Shown here one piece after another: positions 28,859 to 41,812 of a DNA stretch of 64,000 nucleotides. Origin of the DNA: Planctomycetota bacterium (GTDB taxonomy: Bacteria > Planctomycetota > UBA1135 > UBA2386); assembly GCA_947501605.1 (NCBI GenBank), contig CANMWZ010000019.1, positions 1 to 64,000 on the forward strand, written 5' to 3'. Both the position numbers and the translations under genes were made by a program. Below the pieces are notes generated by a model. The model saw only the letters and a program-made list of their open reading frames with translations. It searched no databases and had not been told where the DNA came from. Every line of letters starts with the position of its first letter. The first letter of the stretch is position 1.

Positions 28859-29025
28859 ATGCCCCGCAAGCCACTCTCGCCGTTTCTACGCTGCCTAGCC
28901 GTCGCCGTCGTGCTGACCGCGGCAACAAGAGCTCAATCCGCGCCACCAAGGCCGCTGCAAGACACACCGGGGCGTGTGGGTCGCGAACAGGAACGCACAC
29001 CCCTCTTGCGGCAGGATCTCCTGCC
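28859..29025 (+). pseudogene. Possible 5' remnant of a secreted-protein gene (signal peptide only)
   Basis: MPRKPLSPFLRCLAVAVVLTAATRAQSAPP..., then runs into the 3' end of the convergent kinase gene. Confidence 0.35.
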
Positions 29026-32322
<3,297 letters not shown>

Positions 32323-32528
32323 CGCTCGATCGACCCGTCCACGCCGGCCTCTTGAGCAGCATCCGGGTAGGGGCCCTCGCGGGCGCCTTCGATGGCTACC
32401 TGCGAACCTCCAGGTCGACCCGCCAGACGCTGACCGCCGGCTCAGAACCGCCGTTGGTGCGGGCGTCCCGCCGCGGAGGTAGCGTTCTGGGCCGCGCTCG
32501 TCCCGCGCGCCACCGCCCAAGGAAACTG

Positions 32529-33416
32529 ATGCACCTTTCGACCCACAACTGGATGCGCGCCGAGCCACTCGAGCTGACGCTGCGCCGAATCAAGCGTCTC
32601 GGCTTTCAGAGCATCGAGATCAGCGGCGAGCCAAAGCAGTACGACACCAAGGAGTCGCGCCAGCTGCTGAAGCAGTACGGCATCCGCTGCTGGGGCTCGG
32701 TGACTTTGACCCTCGGGCAGCGCAACCTCGCTGCCAGCGATGAAGCGCAGCGAGCTGCGTCGCTCGAGTACTTCATGTCGGTCGTCACGATGGTCAAGGA
32801 ACTCGAGGGCACCGAGATCACGATCGTGCCGGCGACCGTGGGCAAGATCACCCCGGACGGCACCCCCGAGGAGGAGTGGAAGTGGGTCGTCGATGGCCTG
32901 CGCGAGGTCTATGGCTACGCCCAGCGCTGCGGCGTCAAGATGGCGCTCGAACCACTCAATCGCTTCGAGACCTACTTCTTGAACCGAGCCGACCAGGCCC
33001 TGCGGCTGGCGCAGGAGGTTGGCCCCGAGTGCGGCGTATGCCTCGACGTGTTCCACATGAACATCGAGGAGGTCGACATGTTTGCGGCCATCGAGAAGGT
33101 CGGCAACCGCCTCGTCGACGTGCATGTCGCCGAAAACAACCGGCTCGCGCCGGGGATGGGCAACATCGATTGGCCGAAGCTGGTCGCCACGCTGCGCAAG
33201 GTCGGCTACCAAGGCGCCCTGACGATGGAGGCGGTCGCACCGGTCGATCGGACGCCCGTGTCGCCGTGGCCCGACCAAGTCGAGAAGAACCCCGTCGATA
33301 TCTCTGCCGAGCAGCTCAAGTTCATCATCGACCACGGCAGCAACCTGCTGAGCGAGAGCTTCTACACGATGCTCTACGAAACGGCCTCGAAGACCCTCTT
33401 GCCGCTGATCCGCTGA
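32529..33416 (+). CDS. Sugar phosphate isomerase/epimerase (xylose-isomerase-like TIM barrel, ketose 3-epimerase-like)
   Basis: LEPLNRFETY, LDVFHMNIEE, HVAENNRLAPG.G, TME metal ligands. Confidence 0.9.
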   Translation: MHLSTHNWMRAEPLELTLRRIKRLGFQSIEISGEPKQYDTKESRQLLKQYGIRCWGSVTLTLGQRNLAASDEAQRAASLEYFMSVVTMVKELEGTEITIVPATVGKITPDGTPEEEWKWVVDGLREVYGYAQRCGVKMALEPLNRFETYFLNRADQALRLAQEVGPECGVCLDVFHMNIEEVDMFAAIEKVGNRLVDVHVAENNRLAPGMGNIDWPKLVATLRKVGYQGALTMEAVAPVDRTPVSPWPDQVEKNPVDISAEQLKFIIDHGSNLLSESFYTMLYETASKTLLPLIR

Positions 33417-33423
33417 GCCACCC

Positions 33424-34590
33424 GTGAAGATCCGCTCTGTCGACGCCGTGTGGCTGCACTGCCCGCTCGAGGCCCAGAAGCAGCACGTCTCGGATTTTGG
33501 TCGCATCACCGCGTTTGACGCCGTGCTCGTCACGATCACGACGGAGGATGGGCTCGCTGGCTATGGCGAGGCCAAGCCCGCCGTCGGCAGCGCCGGCAAT
33601 GGCGCAGCCCTCGTCGCCATCGTGCGCCAAGAGCTGGGCCCAATGCTGATCGGGGCCGACGCCCGCGACGTTTCGCGACTGTGGTCGCGCATGTACAACG
33701 GCACGCGCGCGCCGCTCGCCGAACGCTTTGGCCGAGCGATGCCGGTGCTCGGTCGGAGAGGGGTGCACACGGCGGCGATGAGCGGCGTCGACCTCGCCCT
33801 CTGGGATCTCGCCGGGAAGGCCAAGGGGTGCACCGTGCTCGAACTCCTTGGTGGCCCATGCCGCGACCGCGTCAAGGCCTACGCCAGCGGCGGCTGGGCC
33901 AATGCCGCGCAGATCGGCAACGAGCTCGCGCGCTATCAGCAACAGGGCTTCCAGGCGATCAAGATGCGCATCGGCGCGATGGACGGCAGCGTCGACAAGA
34001 GCCTCGCGCGCGTCCGCGCCGCGCGCACCGCCACCGGCACGGACATCGACCTGATGTGCGATGCTCACGGGACGCTCAACGTCGCCGAGGCCAAGCGCTT
34101 CTGCACCGCCGCCGCCGAGCTTGGGCTGCGCTTCGTCGAGGAACCGGTGGCGTCCGATGATCGCCAGGGTCTCGCCGAGGTGCGCGCCGCGAGCCCGTTG
34201 CCGATCGCCGCGGGCGAAAGCGAGTTCACCGCGTTCGACTTCCAGGAACTGCTGGCGCACCGTGCGATCGACGTGCTCCAGCCCGACCTCGCGATTGCCG
34301 GTGGCATCAGCGAAGGGCTGCGGATCGCCGCGCTCGCCTACGCCAACCGGCTGGAGCTTGCGCCGCACTGCTGGGGCTCGGCGATCTCGTTCCAAGCCGC
34401 GCGCACGCTTGCCTTCGCGAGCCCCGCGGGCGTGTTCGTCGAAGTCCCGATGGGCGGCGCACCGTTGCTGCGCGAACTGGCCACCATCGACCTCACGCTG
34501 CACGATGGCATGCTGCTGCCGCCGCAGGGTCCGGGTTTTGGAGTCATGCCCGACCCCGAGTTCGTCCGCCGCTACACCCGCGATTGCTGA
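33424..34590 (+). CDS. Mandelate racemase/enolase superfamily enzyme (likely acid-sugar dehydratase)
   Basis: GYGE, SGVDLALWDL.GK, YASGG, KMRIG, DAH / EEP / GE ligands, QPD...GG, APH. Confidence 0.9.
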   Translation: MKIRSVDAVWLHCPLEAQKQHVSDFGRITAFDAVLVTITTEDGLAGYGEAKPAVGSAGNGAALVAIVRQELGPMLIGADARDVSRLWSRMYNGTRAPLAERFGRAMPVLGRRGVHTAAMSGVDLALWDLAGKAKGCTVLELLGGPCRDRVKAYASGGWANAAQIGNELARYQQQGFQAIKMRIGAMDGSVDKSLARVRAARTATGTDIDLMCDAHGTLNVAEAKRFCTAAAELGLRFVEEPVASDDRQGLAEVRAASPLPIAAGESEFTAFDFQELLAHRAIDVLQPDLAIAGGISEGLRIAALAYANRLELAPHCWGSAISFQAARTLAFASPAGVFVEVPMGGAPLLRELATIDLTLHDGMLLPPQGPGFGVMPDPEFVRRYTRDC

Positions 34591-34597
34591 GACCGCC

Positions 34598-35068
34598 GTG
34601 AACGAACCACTGCTGCAACACGTCAATGTCAACGTCGACGACCTCGACGCCGCCGTCCCGTTCTACCGCGACGTGCTGCTGCTGCCGCTCGACCCGACGC
34701 CGGACCAGGGCTTTCGCTCGCAGTTCTTCCGCATCGGCAGCACGCAGCAGATCCACATGAATGAGATCGCGGACGTCCACCAATTCCGCGGCCACTTCTG
34801 CCTCGTCGTACCCGACTTCGAAGCTGTCTTCGCACTGGCCAAAGCTCACCACGTGATCGACCTGCGCCCGTGGGGACGCGTGCGCCGACTGCCATCGGGA
34901 TCGATGCAGATGTTCGTGCGCGACCCGTCAGGCAACCTGATCGAGATCGCGAGCCGAAAGGACGCGATCATCGACGACCGCGTGCTGCGCGATGAACTCG
35001 TCGAGCCCAAGCCTGGCATGTACCGAATGGCCAAGGGTGCGAGCACGGGCCAGCACGAGACCCCATGA
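34598..35068 (+). CDS. VOC family protein
   Basis: LQHVNVNVDDL...FYRDVL, QIH, GHFCL, MFVRDPSGNLIEI. Confidence 0.88.
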   Translation: MNEPLLQHVNVNVDDLDAAVPFYRDVLLLPLDPTPDQGFRSQFFRIGSTQQIHMNEIADVHQFRGHFCLVVPDFEAVFALAKAHHVIDLRPWGRVRRLPSGSMQMFVRDPSGNLIEIASRKDAIIDDRVLRDELVEPKPGMYRMAKGASTGQHETP

Positions 35069-35997
35069 GCATCCTGCTCCTGGAGTCGTTGCATCCGGAC
35101 GCGGAGGCACTGCTGACGGCGCAGGATGAAGTGGTCCGGGCCCAAGACCCAAATGCGCCCCGCTGCGACTTCGCCTCGGTGCGCGCGATCATGACCCGCG
35201 GTCGCGGTCGGATCGGCGAAGACCTTCTGCGTCGCTGCCCCAAGCTCGTGGCCATCGCCCGCGCTGGCGTCGGCCTCGACAATCTGGACACTGCGGCGGC
35301 GGCGCGGCTGCGCATCCCCGTGGTGTTCGCTCCCGGCGGCAACACGCTGACGGTGGCAGAACACACGATCGCGCTGATCCTCGACCTCGTGCGGGGCATT
35401 TCGCGCGGCGCTGCCAGCGTTGCCGCCGGTCGCTGGGAGGACCGCGCGCGCTACCAAGGCAATGAGATCCGCGGCCTCGTGCTCGGCGTCCTGGGCTTTG
35501 GCAACATCGGCCGACGCGTCGCGCAACTGGCATCGGCCTTCGACATGCAGATCCTGATCGCCGCCCGCGCCGGACGCCCACCGCCGTCGCAGTTTCCGTC
35601 CGCGCCGCTCCACGACGTGCTCGCGCGTGCCGACGTTGTCACGCTGCATCTGCCGCTCGACGCCACGACCAAGGGACTGATCGGCGCGCGCGAACTCGCG
35701 GCGATGAAGCGCACGGCGTTCTTGGTCAACACTGCCCGCGGCGCCCTGATCGACGGCACAGCCTTGCGCGCAGCGCTGCTCACCGGCCAGCTCGGAGGCT
35801 TTGCGGCCGACGTGCTCGAGCAAGAACCGCCGAGCGCGGATGACCTGCTGCTGCGTTCGGACCGGGTGCTGTTGACGCCGCACAGCGCATCGCTGACCAA
35901 CCTGACGTATCGAACGATGTGCGTCGACACCGCCACCAACGTCGTGGCGCTGTTGCGGGGCGAGGAACCGGCGGCCCTCTGCCTCTACCGCGGTTGA
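35065..35997 (+). CDS. D-isomer-specific 2-hydroxyacid dehydrogenase
   Basis: RAGVGLDN, VAEH, LGFGNIG, LHLP, NTARG, DVLEQEP, TPH. Confidence 0.93.
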   Translation: MSILLLESLHPDAEALLTAQDEVVRAQDPNAPRCDFASVRAIMTRGRGRIGEDLLRRCPKLVAIARAGVGLDNLDTAAAARLRIPVVFAPGGNTLTVAEHTIALILDLVRGISRGAASVAAGRWEDRARYQGNEIRGLVLGVLGFGNIGRRVAQLASAFDMQILIAARAGRPPPSQFPSAPLHDVLARADVVTLHLPLDATTKGLIGARELAAMKRTAFLVNTARGALIDGTALRAALLTGQLGGFAADVLEQEPPSADDLLLRSDRVLLTPHSASLTNLTYRTMCVDTATNVVALLRGEEPAALCLYRG

Positions 35998-36009
35998 GCT
36001 GCGCCCGCG

Positions 36010-36765
36010 ATGTTGCCCGCCGACACTCATATCGTTCTCGTCCGCCCGCGCCGCGCGCTGAACCTCGGCGGGGTCGCGCGCGCGATGAAGAACTTCGGCC
36101 TCTGCCGACTCACGCTGGTTGCGTCGCAGATCGGCTCGTGGGCGGACGCTTGGCGCATGGCGGTCAAGGCCGACGACGTGTTGCGCGCAACGACGCAGAC
36201 CGACGACCTCGACCAGGCCCTTGCCGATGCGACGTGGATCGTCGGCACGACCAATCGTGCGCGCCCTGGACAGCGATTGCTGTCGCCGCGCGAAGTCGCT
36301 GTCGCTGCGCTTGTGCGCGGCGCCCCGACCATCCTGTTCGGCGATGAAAACAGTGGGCTGTCCAACCCAGAACTGCTCCGCTGCCACGACGTCGCGACGA
36401 TCGCCACCGCACCCGAACAGTCGTCGCTGAATCTCGCGCAAGCTGTGCTGGTGTTCGCCCACGAACTGTTCGTCGCGGCAACCCCAGCCAGTGCCCTGGT
36501 CCATGCCGCGTCGATGGCAGCACCGGCCGTCGACCTTTGCACCGACGAACTGCTGCAACGCTTGGCCGAAAAGCTGAGCCACGCACTCAGCAACTCGGCC
36601 TGGACTGACGCCAGCCGCGAACGCGATGCGATTCTGGAGCTGATGCAGCCGTTTCGACGCGCGCAGTTGACGCAGCAGGAGCTGCTGGCGTGGTTGACGG
36701 CGCTGGGCAAGATCGTCCAACCGCGCGGCCGTGGTCGCGGTGGGCCTTCGGGCATCGCCACGTAA
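36010..36765 (+). CDS. TrmJ/LasT family SPOUT RNA methyltransferase
   Basis: IVLVRP...NLGGVARAMKNFG, LFGDENSGLSN.EL, SLNLAQAV. Confidence 0.9.
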   Translation: MLPADTHIVLVRPRRALNLGGVARAMKNFGLCRLTLVASQIGSWADAWRMAVKADDVLRATTQTDDLDQALADATWIVGTTNRARPGQRLLSPREVAVAALVRGAPTILFGDENSGLSNPELLRCHDVATIATAPEQSSLNLAQAVLVFAHELFVAATPASALVHAASMAAPAVDLCTDELLQRLAEKLSHALSNSAWTDASRERDAILELMQPFRRAQLTQQELLAWLTALGKIVQPRGRGRGGPSGIAT

Positions 36766-36807
36766 CAGCCGCCACCGCCACGTTCGGGCGAAGGCCCGCC
36801 TCTACAA

Positions 36808-39099
36808 ATGCGCCACCTGACAGTTCTGCTGCTGACCCTCGCCGCGCCCTCGCTCCGCGCCCAGGCTAGTTCCTTCCCGAGCCTCATCTACGCGACCGTC
36901 CAGGTCGCCGGCACACCGCGAAACCTGCTGCTCGATCTGCAGGTGCCCGCCGGGGCCGGCCCATTTCCGGTCGTGGCGTGGATCCACGGAGGTGGCTGGC
37001 AGAGTGGCTCGCGATTGCCTGTTCCCGCCACCGCGACCCGACTCTTGGCCCGCGGCTATGCGGTAGCCAGCATCGACTACCGCCTCAGTGGCGCAGCAAT
37101 CTGGCCGGCGCAGATCCACGATTGCAAAGCGGCGATCCGCTACGTGCGCGCCAACGCAGCGACCTTTGGCCTCGACCCGAATCGCATCGCGGTCATGGGC
37201 AGCTCCGCTGGCGGTCATCTCGTCGCGGCGCTTTCGACCATGGGGGATGTTGGCACCGTGCGCAGTGGGACCTTCGTCGTGGACCTCGAAGGCACAGTCG
37301 GTCCGCATCTTGGCACGTCGAGCCGCGTGCAGGCCTGCGTCGCTCAATTCGGCCCGACCAACATGCTGCACGCGCACGAGTTGCCGACCTTCGACCATGA
37401 CAGTGCGAGCTCCCCAGAGTCTCTGCTGGTCGGCGGCGCGATCCAGACGGTCCCGGAGCGATGGGCGACGGTCGATCCGATCTCTTTCTTGTCGCCCGAC
37501 GACGCCCCGATGCTCCTGATGCACGGGACCGATGACACGGTGGTGCCATTCCATCAAAGCCAGATGCTGCTCGACGCGGCCACCGCCATCGGCCACGACG
37601 CGACGCTGTTCGCAGTCCAAAACAACGGCCATGGTGGCCCAGGCTTCTTGGCACCCGACGCAACCGCTGCGATCGATGCCTTTCTCGACAGCCGACTGCG
37701 CGATCTGCCGACCACCGTCGTCAGTGTCACGGCGAGCGACGCGAGTGCAGCCGAGAACGGCGACACCGCAACCTTCGTGGTCGCACGCACTGGCAGTACG
37801 GCGGCCCCGCTGATGGTCACGTTGGTTCTCGGCGGCGACTGCGAACCGTTCGCCGACTGCGAGCCCATGCCCGCGTTGCTGACCATCCCCGCCGGGCAGG
37901 CGAGTGCAACCATGACCTTCTCGCCTCGCGACGACGCGCTCGTCGAAGGGACCGAGACTGCCGCGCTGCACATCGGTGCGTCTCTCGCGTACCGAATCGA
38001 CGCCAGCCAGAGCCGCGCGTTCGCAACCCTCAGCGACGACGACAGCGCGGCGGCGCTGCCCGTCGTCACCTTCTTGGCACTCGACGAAGCGGCGAGCGAA
38101 GCCGCTGGCAATCCCGGGGCAGTGGACTGCGTGCGCACCGGGCCGACGACTGCAGCCCTGACCGTTGGCTACGAAATCCGGGGGTCGGCGACCCAAGGCA
38201 GCGACTACGCGGCCCTGGCCGGCACGGCGACGATCCCGGCCGGCAGCAGTTCGGTGGCTATCGTCGTGCAACCACTGCAGGACTTTGCGCCCGAAGCTTC
38301 TGAGACGGTCGTGCTGCAGCTACTCGCGGGATCGACCTACGTCCGCGGAACGGACTCGACTGCGCACGTCGTCATCGCCGACGACGATCGCGGCAGCGCG
38401 CTGCCGATCGTCAGCGTCCTCGCGACCGAACCCACCATCGCCGAGCCCCTCGACTCGGGCACGTTCTCAATCACACGCACGGGCGCGACCAACGTCCCTC
38501 TGACGGTGCGCCTGGGGTCCACCGGCACGGCGACGCCGAGCCTCGATTTTGCACCGTTGCCGACCGCGGTCGTGATCCCGGCCGGATCCGCGTGGGTTCG
38601 CCTGCCGGTGATCGCGCTCGACGACAACACGATCGAACCGATGGAAGACGTGGTCCTCACGGTCGTCCCCGACGCGGCCTACTCCATCGGTCGCGCTGGT
38701 GCCAAAGCGCTCTGGCTCGGCGATGACGACGCGCCCGCACCGGCGGCGAGTGCGATCGCGCTGGCGATCGGCCCGCTCGAACCCGGCCGCACGGCCACCG
38801 CGACGATCGTCGGCGGCGCCCCTTTTGGCCTGCACGGCCTCTGGCTCAGCCTGTTGCCGGCCCATGTCGCACTGCCGCCGTTCGGCACTGTGCAGATCGA
38901 CCTGGTCTTCGGCAGCGAGTTCGCGACCGGGACCTTGGACAACAGCGGCGCCGCGATCGTGCCGCTCGCCGTGCCGCTGTCGTCTGCCTTCACGGGCATC
39001 GACACCTACTGGCAGTCAGTGGCGACCACGACGATCGCGCCGTTTGTCGAACTGAGTCCCGCGCGGCGGCGCCGCGTGCTCGCCCCACCGCCGTTCTGA
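36808..39099 (+). CDS. Secreted alpha/beta hydrolase (esterase) with three Calx-beta-like domains and a C-terminal beta domain
   Basis: Signal peptide, HGGGW, GSSAGG, HGTDD.V, GHG. Three repeats of A.E..G...RTG....L.V...G.A....D...IPAG....DD. Confidence 0.9.
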   Translation: MRHLTVLLLTLAAPSLRAQASSFPSLIYATVQVAGTPRNLLLDLQVPAGAGPFPVVAWIHGGGWQSGSRLPVPATATRLLARGYAVASIDYRLSGAAIWPAQIHDCKAAIRYVRANAATFGLDPNRIAVMGSSAGGHLVAALSTMGDVGTVRSGTFVVDLEGTVGPHLGTSSRVQACVAQFGPTNMLHAHELPTFDHDSASSPESLLVGGAIQTVPERWATVDPISFLSPDDAPMLLMHGTDDTVVPFHQSQMLLDAATAIGHDATLFAVQNNGHGGPGFLAPDATAAIDAFLDSRLRDLPTTVVSVTASDASAAENGDTATFVVARTGSTAAPLMVTLVLGGDCEPFADCEPMPALLTIPAGQASATMTFSPRDDALVEGTETAALHIGASLAYRIDASQSRAFATLSDDDSAAALPVVTFLALDEAASEAAGNPGAVDCVRTGPTTAALTVGYEIRGSATQGSDYAALAGTATIPAGSSSVAIVVQPLQDFAPEASETVVLQLLAGSTYVRGTDSTAHVVIADDDRGSALPIVSVLATEPTIAEPLDSGTFSITRTGATNVPLTVRLGSTGTATPSLDFAPLPTAVVIPAGSAWVRLPVIALDDNTIEPMEDVVLTVVPDAAYSIGRAGAKALWLGDDDAPAPAASAIALAIGPLEPGRTATATIVGGAPFGLHGLWLSLLPAHVALPPFGTVQIDLVFGSEFATGTLDNSGAAIVPLAVPLSSAFTGIDTYWQSVATTTIAPFVELSPARRRRVLAPPPF

Positions 39100-39385
39100 A
39101 GGAACGGTCAGCAGACGCGAGTCCTCGCCGTAACCGGCGTTGTCGCGGTTCTGCTGGTAACGCAAGAAGGTGCGGATCTCCGCCAACGCGGTCTTTACCC
39201 ACGCTTCACCAGTCGCGAGAAAGTACTCGGCCAACACGATCGCGGCCGTCGTGTAGTACCAGTTGACTAGGCCGAACGGCTCGCCCGTCGCGTCGGTGCG
39301 CTGACTGTGGAAGCGCGCATTCCTTGCCACTGCCGCGAGGTCCTTGTCGAGGCCGCGCGAGAGCAGCGCGATCGGCGCGAGGTTC
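39100..39385 (-). pseudogene. Internally deleted remnant, tentatively of a DUF6288-like protein
   Basis: LAPIALL...AVARNARFH...GLVNWYYTTAAIVLAEYFLATGEAWV...RDNAGYGEDSRL. In-frame stop shortly upstream and no credible start. Family call is from memory. Confidence 0.5.
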
Positions 39386-39520
39386 CGCCCACAAGCGGCG
39401 GTGGCGCGACACCTCTCGTTTGCGCTGCGGTGCCGAACGAGTGGCGTTGGCCACGTCGCGCACTACCATCGCCGCCTCGCGCGCCCGAGACCGGAAGCTC
39501 GTTCGCCGCGTACCGTATCC

Positions 39521-41335
39521 ATGCTCCATCTAGTCGCTTCGCTGTGCTTGTTCCTGCTCGCGCCGCAAGAGCCACTCCGCCTGGGCGCCATCGCCGTCGA
39601 GGCGGAGGGCAGCGGCGATTTGGCCTTTGCTCGCGGTGCCCGAATCGCAATCAACGCGCACAATCAGAAGGTCGGCGCCAACGGCCAGAAGCTCGAACTA
39701 GTGCTCGCCGCGGCCAATTCCCCCGCCGAGGTAGCAGCGGCGATGGCAGTGTTGCAGCAAGCAGGCGTCACCGCCGTGCTCGCGCCGCTCGATCCGTGGC
39801 TCGCCGAGCCGGTGAAAAAGGCCTGCGCCGGCAAGCTTCCCTGTGTGGGCTTTGCCGTGCCGACGACCGCACAACTCGCGTGGCTGGATCGCCTGGCGCT
39901 GCAGCAGTTCTGCATGACTCGCATCGGTTTCGTGCACGACCCAAAGAGCCAGAGAGACCTCGGCAAGCTGCTCAGCAAGCCGGGGCTCACCGCGCCCGCT
40001 CATGTGGTTTGCGAACTCGACGCCGCGACGACCACGAAGGCCATGACCAAGGTGTTCGAGAAGGACCGCCCCGAGTTGCTGCTGATCGATGCCGAGCCCG
40101 CTGCGGCTGCGCAATTCCTGCAAGCGCTCGGTACCGATCCGATCCCGGTCGTACTGACCAGCCGTTCGCTCGGCGAGCCAGTGCGTCGACTGGGGCGTCG
40201 CGTGTTCGTCGTGCAAGGTCTCTCCCCCGCCTGTGCTGCAAAGACGAGTCAGTTCCGCAGCGACTACGAACGCGATCACGGGGCACCCCCGCTCGGCGCT
40301 GTCGAAGGCTACGAGGGCGTTCTCGCACTGGTGAGTGCCTTCGACATTGCCGCCTCGCACGAGCCCACGGCGGTGCGCACCGCACTCACGCGCGTCGTCC
40401 TCGAAGGCACAAGGGGCCGCTACCAGTGGGACAAGGCGCTCGATGCGTTTGCCGTGCCGCACGGTGTCTGGCTCGTCGAAGGAGCGGCCTCAAGACCGTA
40501 CGCGCCGGCAACTGTGGTGCTCGGCGCAGTCGGGAGCTCGACGGGCACCGGCGAGCAGCAACAACGGGCCCCGCAAGCGCAGGTCGGCGAACCGTTCGGC
40601 ACGTGGCGCACGCGCCAGTTCGTGCCCGAGGAGAACGCCCAGTGGGTCGTGTGCGAATGGGCCACTGACGAGGGCTACAGGACCAGCAGCGACGACTTGG
40701 CTCAGTTGGGCCTGTCGACCGGCGGCACGGACCCGATCGTCGATCACCTCGTGCGCGAGGAGATCATGGCGCGCGTGCTCGCGATCGCCTCGACCAAGTT
40801 CTTGCGCAAGGAGGATGGCACCGGCATTGCTGGCACAAGCCTGCGCATTGCCTTTGCGATACACGTGTCTGCCGAGGCGCGCGCGAAGAAGAAGCAGCGA
40901 GTTTGGCTGGCGATGTTCGGCGGCGACCACGAGGGCGCAGGCGGCGAAGCGTTCGGTAGCTACTGCCGCGTCTACACCACTTTCATCCGCCGCACGATCT
41001 TCCAGGTGCACGCCCTGACGCCGGCCGTGACGGCTCTCGATCTGCCGTTCCTCGATGGCAGCTACGTGTTCGGCACCGACCTCAAGCTCGACAAGCGCAG
41101 CGAGTTGATCCGCGCCTTGATCAACGGCTATGCCGGTTCGATGGCGCTCACGCTCGCGCATGAAGTCGGCCATCTGACGGGACTCGGCCACAACGAGGAC
41201 GATCCAGTCGAGATCATGAACGTCAACGAAGGCGGCGGCATCGACTACCGCGACGCGCACTTCGGCGCGCCGTCGATCGCGCACATCAAGGAGCACTACG
41301 GCGTCACGGGTGACAAGCCGGGCAAGAAGGACTGA
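39521..41335 (+). CDS. Secreted fusion of a type I periplasmic binding protein domain and a metzincin-type zinc peptidase domain
   Basis: Signal peptide; LivJ-like GARIAI...N...G.NG.KLEL and F...Y......P....EGYEG...L..A...G..G; C-terminal HEVGHLTGLGH plus EIMN Met-turn. Confidence 0.8.
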   Translation: MLHLVASLCLFLLAPQEPLRLGAIAVEAEGSGDLAFARGARIAINAHNQKVGANGQKLELVLAAANSPAEVAAAMAVLQQAGVTAVLAPLDPWLAEPVKKACAGKLPCVGFAVPTTAQLAWLDRLALQQFCMTRIGFVHDPKSQRDLGKLLSKPGLTAPAHVVCELDAATTTKAMTKVFEKDRPELLLIDAEPAAAAQFLQALGTDPIPVVLTSRSLGEPVRRLGRRVFVVQGLSPACAAKTSQFRSDYERDHGAPPLGAVEGYEGVLALVSAFDIAASHEPTAVRTALTRVVLEGTRGRYQWDKALDAFAVPHGVWLVEGAASRPYAPATVVLGAVGSSTGTGEQQQRAPQAQVGEPFGTWRTRQFVPEENAQWVVCEWATDEGYRTSSDDLAQLGLSTGGTDPIVDHLVREEIMARVLAIASTKFLRKEDGTGIAGTSLRIAFAIHVSAEARAKKKQRVWLAMFGGDHEGAGGEAFGSYCRVYTTFIRRTIFQVHALTPAVTALDLPFLDGSYVFGTDLKLDKRSELIRALINGYAGSMALTLAHEVGHLTGLGHNEDDPVEIMNVNEGGGIDYRDAHFGAPSIAHIKEHYGVTGDKPGKKD

Positions 41336-41374
41336 GGCAGCTGCCGCGCCGCGCAGGCCTGCCCGCAGCTGCGT

Positions 41375-41767
41375 TCAGCGCACCGAGCAACGACCCGAAT
41401 CGCAACGGCGTCCGCACAGACGTCCGAGCGGCACGCGATAGCGCGCAAACACAAGGTAGCCGAGGTCGCAGAGCCATCGCAGCACCGGCCACCCGGTCGG
41501 GGCCATGACCCAGCCGACGCCGGCAACGCGCCAGGCAGCACGGATTGCGGCCATGCCCTCGATCACCGCACCCGATGCGTCGACGCCGTGCAGCCGAGCG
41601 TGCACCCGGTCGCGCGTCAGTCCAAACACCGCGGGATCAAACCCCGGCGCCGCGATGTCGATCGCACGCAATCGACCGTGGCGATCGCGCCGCTGCAACC
41701 ACTCGACCTCGAGCTTGCAGAACGGGCACTCGCTGTCGAACAGCAGTGTGAACGTCTCTTGCGGCAT
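41375..41767 (-). CDS. DUF393 / DCC1-like thiol-disulfide oxidoreductase
   Basis: LLFDSECPFC..EV..L...D, GY..FARYR. Confidence 0.9.
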   Translation of the reverse strand: MPQETFTLLFDSECPFCKLEVEWLQRRDRHGRLRAIDIAAPGFDPAVFGLTRDRVHARLHGVDASGAVIEGMAAIRAAWRVAGVGWVMAPTGWPVLRWLCDLGYLVFARYRVPLGRLCGRRCDSGRCSVR

Positions 41768-41812
41768 GGCTGTGCCTTCGTTCCCCGTGCAGGCCGGATG
41801 CAGCGACCTTGC

